A DNA stretch of 64,000 bases from Eledone cirrhosa (Eukaryota), in NCBI GenBank assembly GCA_964016885.1, contig OZ024741.1:119598001-119662000 (forward strand), in the 5' to 3' direction. A program made the translations under genes and the position numbers. Shown one piece after another: positions 24,902-36,554 of this stretch (within the stretch, counting starts at the first letter, position 1; every line of letters starts with the position of its first letter). The notes below the pieces were generated by a model, which saw nothing but the letters and a program-made list of their open reading frames with translations, did no database searches and was not told the origin of the DNA.

Positions 24902-25049
24902 TTAACTCTTCTGTTGGTGAAGAGATTTTATCCTGAAATATTAAGGATTAAACTCCTCCAAGTTAACATGCTAACAACTTTGTTATCATTATTTTAAACA
25001 TTTAATATCCTATTTGTATTACTGTAGCCCTCTAAAAAATCACACCGTT

Positions 25050-25480
25050 TTGTGGAAATAGTCTGAGTAATGACCGAAATAATATGATCACAAATACAGC
25101 CGGCCTAAATTAAGTTCCTCTGAAGGGTATTTGGAGTAACATTACTCGATAGAGTGCATAGCTCAGAGATAAGCGATTCACTCCAGTTAGAGCTGCTACT
25201 TCTCCGAATAGAGAGATCACAGCTCTTATATTACAAACATGTGGTTAGAATGTACCAGGAAAGAATTGCTGGACAAATTTTACGGGCAAAACCAACTGGC
25301 AGGAACCCTGGAGTAGATCCCATGTAAGATGGTTGGATAACATCCATGAGATTGACTGGCCTTGCTTGGGGATTCAGCCGAATCAATTGGAGATAGTTGC
25401 TTCTGACAGAACCTGCTGAGAGGCGTGATTGAGGACTCTGCCCCCACAACCCTCCCAGGAATAAGTGGGCGAAAAAGAAG
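25050..25480 (+). mobile_element. 3' fragment of a second RTE-like family; related piece at ~40825-40985 (-); ~ bounds
   Basis: Translates as LLLRIERSQL..HVVRM.QER...KPTGR...WLDNI, with a (GAA)-type tail. Confidence 0.65.
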
Positions 25481-25899
25481 TAGTCTATTGGTAGAGCACT
25501 AGCTTTTCAATGTGATAGATAAGGTGTTAGTCTACTGGAAGAGAGATTGAAGATTTACATCCTATCATCAGAACTGCCATTTCCATGACAATACCACGTA
25601 ACTCCACCTTTATCCTTGGCATCCTCCACTGTTAGGAACTTGATTCCATTGTATTTATTTGTGTTCTAAGACGGCTATATAAAGCTATCTTTGACCCAAT
25701 AGAATGCTGATGAGGATGGCATGAGTAGTTGAAAACTTTGTCTACAAGTCCTCGACATGGGCCTACTTTACGCCAACACCCTCTCCTTCTGTCAGCCTTC
25801 TCTTTACGGCTACTGTCTAATAAGTCGCGTCCAATGTGGCATTTTCTCTTGCAGGGCGGACGGTTAGATGAATCAATCGTCTACGAAAAAACAAATATT

Positions 25900-26170
25900 A
25901 AAGTGTTTGAATGTTTAATTTAGGATGCTTGACGTAGGACCGTAATGTCGTCGGTTCGATTCCTGGACAGACTGCTGCGTTGTGTTCTTGAGAAAAACAC
26001 TTCATTTCATGTTGCTCCAGTACACTCAGTAGAGAGTGAGTACCAGCAGTAGCTGGGAAGTTAATCCTGCCATAGACCTGCGTCCTGTCATGTACTTTCA
26101 GTCGCTTAACGCCAAGGAAACCAGGGATAAGCACCAGCCTGATGAACCTTCGGTTTAGAACAAACTTTAA
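25900..26170 (+). mobile_element. tRNA-derived CORE/V-like SINE; relatives at ~6415-6560, 7680-7950 (-), 27640-27850 (-), 43700-43900, 44780-45080, 47060-47200 (-)
   Basis: B-box GGTTCGATTCC, then a GTGTYCTTGAGCAAGACACTT-type core. Confidence 0.7.
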
Positions 26171-26819
26171 CTAACTTAAATGTACTGATACCTGGACGTG
26201 GTCACTTGATAGGCTTGAAATAGCAGACAGTTTCCTCAAATAATACGTTACCGTCTTAAAAAGAGGATGAACACATTAGATAATGGTGGCCCGAGATCAT
26301 TTTTAAAAACACACAAAAAGGCTAAAAAACCCCAGAGGATTGCGGTTGAAATGTGTAAACAACAGCATCTATTGTTATATTAAGAAGGTAGATCAAGTGG
26401 CTAAATGAGAATTCAACGTCTTAATTCATACGTTTGATTCAATTTGAAATGCGAGGTAGTAACGATGAAACGCCTAGATTGGGAAGAGTGAAAGTGAAGT
26501 GCTAAACTCAAGGATGGTCCAATTAGTCTATATGTAAACCACTGGCCTTTCGATATGATAGATTAATTAATTTGCTAATGTCGTAGTTTGATAAAAGTGA
26601 ACAACTTGAATTTAAAAACTAGGATAAATTCCTGAGCCGGTGCTCATTTCAAAGAAGTTCCTAAAGAATTTAAAATTAAAATACATTAAGCTTGATTTTT
26701 CCCTGTAAAAATAAGAAATAATCAAATTTAATTTGATTATTATATTTCTTCTTAATTCTACGACTAATGATACTGTCAGAGAATTTTCGGATATTAGAAG
26801 AATGAAAATAACATTAAAA

Positions 26820-26954
26820 TTACCTAAACGGAAATGTTTATTGTTTGTAACGGAAGTTGACGGTGTAAAAATTAAATTTATTTAGTGAAATCCACTGGGC
26901 ACGTGTTTACTGTTTTGTTAACTTAATTGATTTAGTAATGATAATAGATTAGCG
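26820..26954 (+). promoter_or_regulatory. DIS3 proximal promoter/5'UTR with ETS-like sites and an E-box
   Basis: CGGAAATG (26829), CGGAAGT (26851), CACGTG (26900); local CpG retention extends into intron 1. Confidence 0.5.
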
Positions 26955-27179
26955 ATGCTTACTACAAAAACGTTTTTCAGGAAAAATAAGAGAGGGAATG
27001 TGATGAAGATAAATCGAGAACATTATCTTCGAAATGATATCTCTTGCGGCTCTGAGGTTTGTGATGAATGCGCTCGCATGGGTGGTAGCACTCCGCTTGA
27101 TGTGAGTAGCTCTGTTTCTACTGATATTGGAGGAAATAATTATTATCTTATTCCAGATACAAATATTATAATGCATCAG
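26955..27179 (+). CDS. DIS3: DIS3/RRP44 exon 1 (CR3 motif, start of PIN domain)
   Basis: MLTTKTFFRKNKRG...REHYLRNDISCGSEVCDEC...PDTNI; gtaaag donor; 225 nt. Confidence 0.96.
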
Positions 27180-28410
27180 GTAAAGTGAAACTGTTTATTT
27201 CTTCATCGATGCTAAGGTTTATCATATTTTTTAAACTTGATTTAAAAAAAATTTAACAAAACGTAATTTTTCATAATACAGTTTAATGTCTGACTATGAA
27301 TATAAAAAAAGAAGAATGAAAATAAGTTGGGGAAGCTGTCACAATAAGAACAGTCGAATAAGTTGCGTATACGACAGCAGTGTGGCTCGTTTCCGCAGAC
27401 GGTTCTGTCCTCTGTGTTCCGCATCCAGGGGTATTTTATCTCACGTATTCGAATGTCAAATATAGTTCATCTTCATTGTAGCAGTTTTTAAAAAGCAAAC
27501 ATATTTCCCCGAAACAATGTTATTTAAAAAATTGTTATTTGTTGTCCAGATCAATTCTGGATCGACCAATAACCATCCTGTTTTTTTTTATTTATATATA
27601 TGAGGAGTGGATGGGTATTTTTTTTTTTATCCGAATCGACAATATCTCAGACCTCATTCGCTTACCGAGTTGGGATGGAATTATTCAGATCGGACCAAGG
27701 AAACAATGTTAAAACTGTCTACGGTCGCAACTCCTGGCAGAAGCAACGTGAAATAAAGTGTCTTGCTGAAGGACATAATGCATCGTCCTGCCAGGCAATC
27801 AAACTCAACCTGATGATTGTGAATCCAACTCTCTAACCACTAAACCACACGCCTAGGACAACATTACTAGCGCTTCGTTTACTCCGCATTTAAAATTGAA
27901 ACAAGAATTATTGTAACCATAATCCGAAATCCAACCCCTAACCTTAATTTATATGTTTGTTTCAATTTGAATTATTGGGCAGTAACAAAGAAGCACCACA
28001 TTCTTCAATGGATTCAGGTTTTTGTATTCTGAGTTCAAATACTGTTGTGTCCTACTTGTGTGGTAAGCTTTAATCTATTGATCGTGTTCATACCACTAGA
28101 CCTTGGGTGCCTTAAGCAGAGTGCATTCTTGTATTTGGACCAGGTCTTTAGTTTGAGGATACCTTTATTCTTCCTTACCACTAGTTTTGAATACCATGAA
28201 TACCATGAAAAAGTCTTCTTGCCTTGACAAAAAAAAAAATGTTTTTTTGTCATGTCTCTGGCAACTCTTTATTTACTTGACCCTATTCATCTATCATTTA
28301 TAATTATCTGTATTGTGACGGCTTCACCACAAGAAGTAAACATTTTCAGACTTTATTTTGAGGTTTTCATAAATTCTAATTATTAAATTTGCTTTGCTTT
28401 TATTTTTCAG

Positions 28411-28473
28411 TTGGATATTCTAGAAGATCCTATAATTAAAAATGTTATTATCCTCCAAACAGTTATTCAAGAG
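28411..28473 (+). CDS. DIS3: DIS3 exon 2 (LDILEDPIIKNVIILQTVIQE)
   Basis: cag/gtaatt boundaries, 63 nt; PIN catalytic Glu. Confidence 0.94.
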
Positions 28474-28666
28474 GTAATTCTGTTTTATTAAATATTGGCA
28501 ACAAAGAAAGCTCTTTATTTTAAAGTGTTTATATTTATCTAAAAACAACCCATCATAATTTTAAGAATATTTATGTTCCAAACACTAGCTTAAATTCTGG
28601 AAGTTATTTTACTAAGTCACTTCAAATTCTTGATTATTTTCTAAATTATTTGAAAACCACAGGAAA

Positions 28667-29612
28667 TCATCATCATTTTACGTCCGCTTTTCCCTGCTTG
28701 CAAGGGTGGCATGGGTCCTATTCAGCACAGCATCTCTCCACTTGTCATGGTCCTTCGTCATCTCCTCCATGAGCTTCAGCAATCTGAGGTCTGCTCTCAC
28801 CACCTCCGCCCATGTTTTTTGTGGTCTTTCTCTACTGGGATTTCTTGGCACTTCTTTACCCAGCGGTCATCCTCCATGCACATCACATGTCCATACCATC
28901 TCAGTCTTCACCCCTGCACACCACAACTTATCCCTCTTATACCCAGTTTCTCTCTCAACTCATCTATGCTTGTTTGTCCATGCACATTGACATTGCACAT
29001 CCAACGGAGCATGCTTGCTTCATTTCTCTCCAGCCGTCGCATATCTTCTGTAGTTGCTGTCCATGTCTCATTACCATGCAACATCGCGCATCTCACACAG
29101 GCATCATATAACCGGCCTTTCGTACACAGGGAGAAACCCTTCTTTGTCAACAGAGGAACACCCCCTCCCATGCCAATCTGATCACCTAGGTACCGGAAGC
29201 TATCAACCACTTCTATAGAACCCACCTGCATTGGAAAAATGAGTCTATCACAGCGATTTCTACTGCCAACTTTCCCTGTACATCTACTGCATACATAGTT
29301 TTCCCTACCTGTTAGTTTGCCTGCTATCCCACTACATCTCTTGTGTACCCAAGATCTGCATTGCGTACATTTTATAGAATTTATGCCAGTTCCTTTTCTA
29401 CATATCGAACATGGCCATTTCCCTGATGGAATCAGAGTTTTGTCCTCTTTTCTACTTATCAACATTTTTGTCTTAGCTATGTTCACTCTCAGTCCTCTTG
29501 ATTCCGACTGCTGTTTCCATAGCCAGAATTTCTTTTCTAGCTCCTCTACTGATTTTGTTATAAGAACCAGATCATCAGCATAGAGAAGTTGCCATGGGCA
29601 GCCAGTCTTAAA
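28667..29612 (-). mobile_element. 5'-truncated RTE copy (YADD to tail) inserted in a TTAA-family MITE; ~ bounds
   Basis: WPCSIC...CTQC...HKRC...CSRC PHD; RLYDACVR; flanks rejoin into the MITE seen at 55006-55257. Confidence 0.88.
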
Positions 29613-30055
29613 TGTCTTTCATTAAAAATATGGTAACAAAAGGATTAAGTTTTTATATTCACTTTTCCCTTCAAATCACTATCTTGGTCATGTTTGTCTT
29701 GAAAGAATGGAGATTGCATAGCATGAAAGGTGACTAGTTTTGCAGTGGACAAGACAACCTCCCCAAAGTTAGTGTCATGATAAAATGCACCCAGCCACTC
29801 TGTAAAATGGTTGACAATTGACAGAAACAATGTAGAGTAGAGAGGACTCTTTTGTCATGTTGAGGACATGACAAAAGTGCTGATTTCACAATAAAATGCA
29901 GCTAGTACACTCTGTAAAGTATTTGACAATCATACCCATTTTATTTTATAAACTAACCATAAAGAAGGGTCCCTTTTCCCCTTAATTTGTGAAATATTTC
30001 TGTTTATAAAACGTAATTAACCGAAAGAATTCAAATGTGTATTTTCTGTTTGCAG

Positions 30056-30150
30056 GTAAAGCACCGTAACATTGCAGCTTATAAAAGACTCCAAGACTTA
30101 ATAAGCCAACCAGATAAACATTTCTATATTTTTTCAAATGAGTTTCATCA
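30056..30150 (+). CDS. DIS3: DIS3 exon 3 (VKHRNIAAYKRL...FSNEFH)
   Basis: cag/gtaagt boundaries, 95 nt. Confidence 0.94.
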
Positions 30151-30655
30151 GTAAGTTTCCAGTTACAAATTTTTTCTTGTTCTGTACTAATTAAATATAT
30201 TCATAAAATGGTGATTTCATCATCATCATCATCATCATTTAACATCTGTTTTCCATGCTAGCAAGGGTTGAACACAGGTCATCACAGATCAAGTTAGTAC
30301 TTAATCAGAACCACTGACCTCTCAGATGGGCTAAGCATCTACAACTCAAATATATTCACGCACTTTATTGTGGCACCAGCACTAGAGAGGTTGTCGTGTC
30401 TTTGACACAATTGAAACACTCCCTTGATCCTTTGTTTGGCAAGTTTTCTATGGCTTGATACTCTTCCTATCACCAATCTCTGTAATCATGTAGAGTACTA
30501 AAGTGACCTCACAACTCTACACTGTCTCAGTTCAGTTGCTACCACTTTACAGAGTGTACTGGGTGTATTTTATCATGGCCCTAGCACAAGTGAGTTTACC
30601 TTTCAGTTAATCAATTCATAGTGATATTTAAAAGCATAATGCAATTATGTTTTAG

Positions 30656-30852
30656 GTCAACGTATATTGAACGTGAAGCAGGGGAATCTTCCAATGATCA
30701 TAATGACCGGGCTATTCGAGCGGCTACTAAATGGTATCAAGATCATTTAAATTCTGTCACTAACGGTAAAGAGGATATCAAGATTATTCTGCTCTCTGAT
30801 GATGCCAAAAACAGGGAGAAAGCACAGGAAGATGGAATCCTAGGATTTAGTA
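30656..30852 (+). CDS. DIS3: DIS3 exon 4 (TYIERE...NDHNDRAIR...LLSDD)
   Basis: tag/gtaaga boundaries, 197 nt; PIN catalytic aspartates. Confidence 0.94.
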
Positions 30853-31879
30853 GTAAGATTATTATTTCTTCTGTTTTTGTTTTTCTCAATTTTATTTTTT
30901 TTTTTTCCATTTGTTCTCTAGCTGGAACTTTAACTCAATTAAAATTGAAATAAGTTACAAATAATTTAAAAAATAATTGATGATTAAAAAGTTTTTAATG
31001 ATTGTTTAGTTAAATATTCATCAATATCAACTGTGTATCTCTGGTTTAGAAAAGGTACACCATTCATGGTTGACATAAAAACAATGACAATCTCATTGAA
31101 AATACAGGGTTTCAGTCTCTATTATTGAGAGATGATCATTTTTTTCAATAGATTTTAAAGGAAAAAGTTAAAATATATCCTTGATATCTTCTAGGCAGTC
31201 TGAGATCACCTTGTTTCTGGATTCCATATTATGCAAGGTGCTGCTATTAAGTTAGACATGACCTGGGTCAATACTGGACAAAACCTATCAAAATTCTAAA
31301 CACTGAAAGTTTGTTGATACAATGGTCAATATACATTATAAAAGCTATGACAGAACATCATTGTCCATTTTTCTCACTTCTGTTGTAACCACATATATTA
31401 TTTTATTGTTTAACTAAGGAAGGGAGGGCAGTACCTATGATCCCTTTTCAGGGCCTCTGAGATGGGAGGGAGATCTTGCCTGAATGTTTGCAACAGAGTG
31501 GATTCCTAAAAGCACCCAAGGGCCCAGTGCTTGTGTTAAGTTTGCCACTCAAGTAGGCCATAGCATAATTGAATTCAGATCACAGTGGGCTAGAACAAAT
31601 ATGTCTTCCCCATGTAGTTTTGTTTATTTAAAGTCATTGTTCTCCTAGTTGGGTTGCTTTTCTTGCAGCTTACAGAACCTACATCTGACCCTGCATTTGT
31701 ATATATTTGGTAGAATGCCATCATCATCGCTTAATGGGTTAGATGGGTTGTCATGTACTGAACTTGATCTGGTCAAGTTACTATGCCTTGCTTGTACATT
31801 CTGCTTTTGTCTTGTTTTCTGCAGCTGGATGCTCTTCCTAATGCTAACTACTTTACAACAAGTACTGGGAGAATTTTAT

Positions 31880-32430
31880 ATTGACTTCAGTACTGCCACA
31901 TTACAGTGTTGACCGGGTGTGTTCTGTTGTTATAGCAGCACTACTACTTTACAGTGTGGGCTGAGTGTGTTTTGTTGTGGAACCAGCACTATTACATTAC
32001 AGTGTGTGTTGAGTATATTTTGTTGTGGCACCAACACTACCACATTACAGCATGGGCTATGTGTGTTTTGTCATGGCACCAGCACTATCACTTTATAGTG
32101 TGGGCTGTGTATATATTGTCATGGCACCAGCAATACCACTTTATAGTGTGGGCTGTGTGTATATTGTCATGGCACCAGCACTGCCACTTTACAGTGTGGG
32201 CTGTGTGTGTGTGTGTTTTGTTGTGACACCTGTAGTACCATTTTATATTGTGGGCTGTGTGTGTTTTGTCATGGCACCAGCAATAGTACTTCACAGTGTG
32301 TGCTTTGTGTGTATGCGTTGTTGTGGAACCAGTACTTCCAATTTATGGCTTGGGTTGTGTGTATTTTGTTGTGGCACCATTACTACCACTGTACAGCTTG
32401 GGCTGTGTGTGTTTTGTTGTGGCACCAGTA
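31880..32430. repeat. ~43-bp minisatellite (about 12-13 units) derived from the RTE 3'UTR repeat; similar array at ~22440-22830
   Basis: Units like TGGCACCAGCACTACCACTTTACAGTGTGGGCTGTGTGTGTTTTGTCA. Confidence 0.85.
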
Positions 32431-32481
32431 CTATTTGTTTATAGGATATGTTTCAACATAATTTATTATTATTATTTTTAG

Positions 32482-32558
32482 TGAACTACTTTACAAAGAG
32501 TTTGAAGAATGCTACCCATCTACTTGACAAGTTGGCATCCCACGAAGACAACAATAAT
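32482..32558 (+). CDS. DIS3: DIS3 exon 5 (NYFTKSLKNATHLLDKLA...)
   Basis: tag/gtaaat boundaries, 77 nt; phase 1/0 fits both neighbours. Confidence 0.85.
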
Positions 32559-33011
32559 GTAAATATTACAACTGCTATAAAACATTTCTGAGAACATCAT
32601 CATTATCATCATCACTATCATCGTCACCATTACTATCATCACCTTCATTGTCTCCGTCATCACATCTGCTTTTCCATTTTAGCATGAATCAAATGAGACT
32701 TTATGAAGTAGTTTTTTTTTTACAGCATGATGCCAGCCCATACATTATTTATAAGTATAGTATGTGCTGCTCATCTTTGTCAAACCATTTAGAAATATGG
32801 AATTTTATGTAAGAACATTTTGTTTCAAATTCCAATTTAACAGTGACAAATTTATTTTACTAAATCTCATCAAATTCTTGATTATTGTTACTACTGATTG
32901 GTACATAGGTAACATGTTTCACTGGAAATATGACCATATAAGGGTTAAAGATGCTATGAAATTTATCAAATTCTTTGTTTGAATTTTCTTTTTGTTTCCT
33001 TTTTTTTTTAG

Positions 33012-33161
33012 CCAATTGGGAGGACTTTGTTCCCAGAGCATTTACCATATTCTAAGATCCAGAAAGGTATTAAACTTGGTAAATACAAACAAGGTAAATT
33101 CCAAGCAAGTCGAGAAAACTACTTGGAGGGTAGAGTCAGTGTTATTGGTGCTGATGAAATG
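33012..33161 (+). CDS. DIS3: DIS3 exon 6 (LFPEHLP...QGKFQASRENYLEG)
   Basis: tag/gtaagt boundaries, 150 nt; CSD1. Confidence 0.94.
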
Positions 33162-33843
33162 GTAAGTTCCAAAATATCCTTCCAAAATTTCTTTCATAAT
33201 TTTTCACTATAATATTTTTGTGAGCTGAATAATAGAGTTACTACTTTTATATGAAGTATTTCTTTGCTGCCATGGGTTAGATGGGATGTTTTGAGACAAT
33301 GTTTTCCAGCTGGATCCCTTCCTAGGTTGGCATCATGACAGGCATTTGGCAGTAAAACATTGTCTCAAAATATACTGGCAGAAGTATTATCACTTTCCTG
33401 GTGACAGGAAGCAGGATTTGGTCTTGAAACACACTGAGTCAGAACAGATACTGCAAATCTTCTCCTTCCACACTTTAATAATTTTCTATCAATCCACTGT
33501 CTCTTAGACCAGTACTTTATTTATCAACTCTAAAAAGAGGAAAGGTAAAGTTGACTTTGACAGAATTTAAACTCAGAGCACAGATAGTCAGAACAAATAC
33601 CACAAAGCATATTTCTGGCACCCTAACTACTCTGCCAATTATAATAAACAATTATTTAAGGAAGACCTGGACAGAGTTGGTGAAACTCTTAGTGGATATG
33701 ACGAACGATCCTGATGTGTGGAGAGATGCTGTTCTGAAAAGGACCTATCCAACCCATGCAAGTGGAAAAACAGACTTAAAAACGATGATGATGATGATAC
33801 ATCTTCTAGATAATTATCCCCTTTTCTCATTTTGTTTGATTAG

Positions 33844-33990
33844 GTTTTAGTTGTTGGCCGAGAAAACCTTAATCGTGCTGTCAATGAGGACACAGTTGCT
33901 CTTGAAATGTTACCTGAAGACGAATGGACTTGTCCATCTTCTATCATAATAGAAAACACTGCAGACTCTGTGAAGGAAGAAGAAGTAGAG
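33844..33990 (+). CDS. DIS3: DIS3 exon 7 (VLVVGRENLNRAVNEDTVALEMLP...W)
   Basis: tag/gtatgt boundaries, 147 nt. Confidence 0.93.
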
Positions 33991-34168
33991 GTATGTGTAT
34001 ATATGTGTCTCCCTGTTTTGTTGCATCCCAGTGTGCACTGGAATAAATAGTATCAACCTTAATGCACTGAAACTAGAGTGATTGCCAGAGGTTGACTGAT
34101 GAAAAGGGACTGTCTGTTTTTTCCATTGTTTTTTCTGTTATCTTTGTCCTGTGCACCTACCTTTTTTG

Positions 34169-34231
<63 letters not shown>

Positions 34232-34233
<2 letters not shown>

Positions 34234-34575
34234 GTCATCCCCCCGTATTCGCAGAGGTTATGTTCCTAGAGCATCTGAGAAGAGTGAAAAACTGCAAATA
34301 TTGGATTTGGTCAATAAAAGTGTCTATAAATGTCAAATTATAACAAAAAATAAAAAAAAAACAGAGGGAGTGTCCAATAGGCTGGCAAATACGGTATATT
34401 GTTATCAATAATTTAGCATTAAAAAAATATATATTGTTACGAAAAAGCCATTAAAAAAATCGTGGAAGATATTTACAATTCCGCAAAAATGCGGTGGTTT
34501 CCACAAACAATTATTAGTTAGGTTCTAAGGAAAATTCCGCAAATAATCGCGACTGAGAATGCCGGGGTTACACTG
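34232..34575. mobile_element. Tigger/pogo-like (MER2-type) MITE
   Basis: Imperfect TIRs CAGTCATCCCCCCGTATTC / GAATGCCGGGGTTACACTG. Confidence 0.6.
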
Positions 34576-34949
34576 TCTATAGTTTTATTATTTTGATCCA
34601 TTATGTTCAATTCCCGCCGAAGTTAGCTTTGCCTTTCATCCTTACGGGGTTGATAAAATAAAGCACCAGTTATGCACTGGGGTCGGTTTAATCGACTTTC
34701 CCCTTCCCCCCAAATTGCTGGCCTTGTGCCTATAGTAGAAATCATAATTTTGATCCATTATATAAAATATTTATCTGGTTAAGGAATTTGCTACACAACC
34801 AGTGTTGCTTTGGGTTCATTATCATTGCATGGCACATTATCATTGCATGGCACACTGGGCAAGTGTGCTAGCTTCTTGTTCAATGTTTTGTGAGTGATCA
34901 ACTCCTTTTTAGAATGGCTCAATTTATATTTTCTTAGTTTTGCCCCTAA

Positions 34950-36040
34950 CCACTTTATATCTTATGTTATATATATAGACGTGAAATGGTTTAAGACCAA
35001 CAGAAAATATCTCAGTGGCCCAGATGCATATTCTATCAGATCTTACATATAAAGATTTTAAAAGGTCTGAGGCCTGCAGAGAACACCTCAATGTTTGAGA
35101 TGTATATTTTATCATATCTTACATATAATTTGAAAAAGTGTGAGACCCTCAGAGAATACCTGAATGGCTCACATAATAATTATATCATATCTTGTATACC
35201 TCAATGTTTGAGATGTATATTTTATCATATCTTACATATAATTTGAAAAAGTGTGAGACCCTCAGAGAGTACCTGAATGGCTCACATAATAATTATATCA
35301 TATCTTGTATATATAAATTTGAAATGGTCCGAGGCATACAGAGAAATCTTAAGAACCCCATGTATATTTTATCATATCTTACATATAATTTGAAAAGAGC
35401 TGAGGTTCACAGAAAACACCTGAATGGCTCACACATATATTATATCATATCCTGCATATATAAAATTAAAAGGTCTAAGGCCCTAAGAGATCACATGTCT
35501 GTTATATCATATACTAGCAGTGGTACCCGGCGTTGCACGGGATAAGGTATTTTGGAACATGGGCCGCCAACAGACCTAATCGTGGAAAAACTTACAATAT
35601 GTAAAGAAAATAAACCTAATACTCTGATGGCTGGATAATCTTTAAGATTTTCCTCGATGAAGCAGGAAAAATGCAGGTTTTCACCTAATGCAGGCCCTAG
35701 GGGATCAAGAAAATTAATTTTTTTAATGTGCATAATATGCCTTGAAATTTCAGGAAAATCGGCTAGACGTAATGCCTAAAAAAAGTCCTAAAAAGCTGAA
35801 AAAATAAGTTTTTCACCTAATGCGGGCCCTAGGCCATAAAAAAGTTGGAATGTTTATGTGCATAACACTCCCTGAAATATAAGTAATACACATGTAAAGT
35901 TTGAAAAAAATCGGTTGGGTACTTCTCGAGTTTTAGCGATTCAAACTCACACACAGACAGACAGCCTCAGTTTTATATATATAGATTACACATATAGATT
36001 TGAAAGGGTCTAAGGCCATGGAGAACATCTCAATGTTTTG
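34950..36040. repeat. ~65-bp minisatellite interrupted by the Helitron
   Basis: Units like TATCATATCTTACATATAATTTGAAAA..TGAG..CAGAGAA.ACCT.AATG. Confidence 0.85.
35514..35985 (-). mobile_element. Non-autonomous Helitron (472 bp)
   Basis: A|TCTATATATATAAAA 5' end; 3' hairpin CCCGTGCAACGCCGGG 8 nt before CTAG|T; no target duplication; flanks rejoin into a minisatellite unit. Confidence 0.88.
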
Positions 36041-36425
36041 CTCTTGTTGCTAGACCCAGCTTTTGTGTGTGTAACTCTAGCATCACGTCTTTCCTTGATT
36101 TAACTCTTTAGCATTTAAACCAGCTGTATCTGGCCAGAATTCTCTCTCTTCTTTCTGCTCAAACTGGCTGTAACTGGCCACTCATACTGATGTTAAGCTA
36201 TTGTTCTCAAAATAATATCAAAATCTCATAGATTTGATATCATCTGAGGTAAAGCATTTATCATGAAAATATAATAGTAAATATAGAGTAATGTAATCCT
36301 TTTTTTTAAAATTCTTTTTTGTCCATTTCTGTCCCTTAACCATGGCAATTATCACATCATCTCTTGTTAAAAATTCAATTGAAATAGACAAATGTTTTGT
36401 AATTAATTCTGTGTTTCTGTCTCAG

Positions 36426-36554
36426 AATGAAATTCAGAAGTCCATCAACAAAGTTCCAAAAGAAAAACGTCAACCAACTGGCCGTATAGTTGGTATTATT
36501 CGGCCCAACAGACGAAATTATTGTGGTATTCTGCAACTATCAGATATAAAAGAG
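36426..36554 (+). CDS. DIS3: DIS3 exon 8 (PTGRIVGIIRPNRRNYCG)
   Basis: cag/gtaggt boundaries, 129 nt. Confidence 0.92.

Noticed and set aside
26138-26160. Hammerhead at CTGATGAACCTTCGGTT
   Set aside because: No GAAA after the stem and no stem III; it is part of a SINE tail
31880-32430. CRISPR-like regular repeats
   Set aside because: Whole units are homologous with no unique spacers, there are no cas genes, and the array lies in a eukaryotic intron and derives from an RTE 3'UTR
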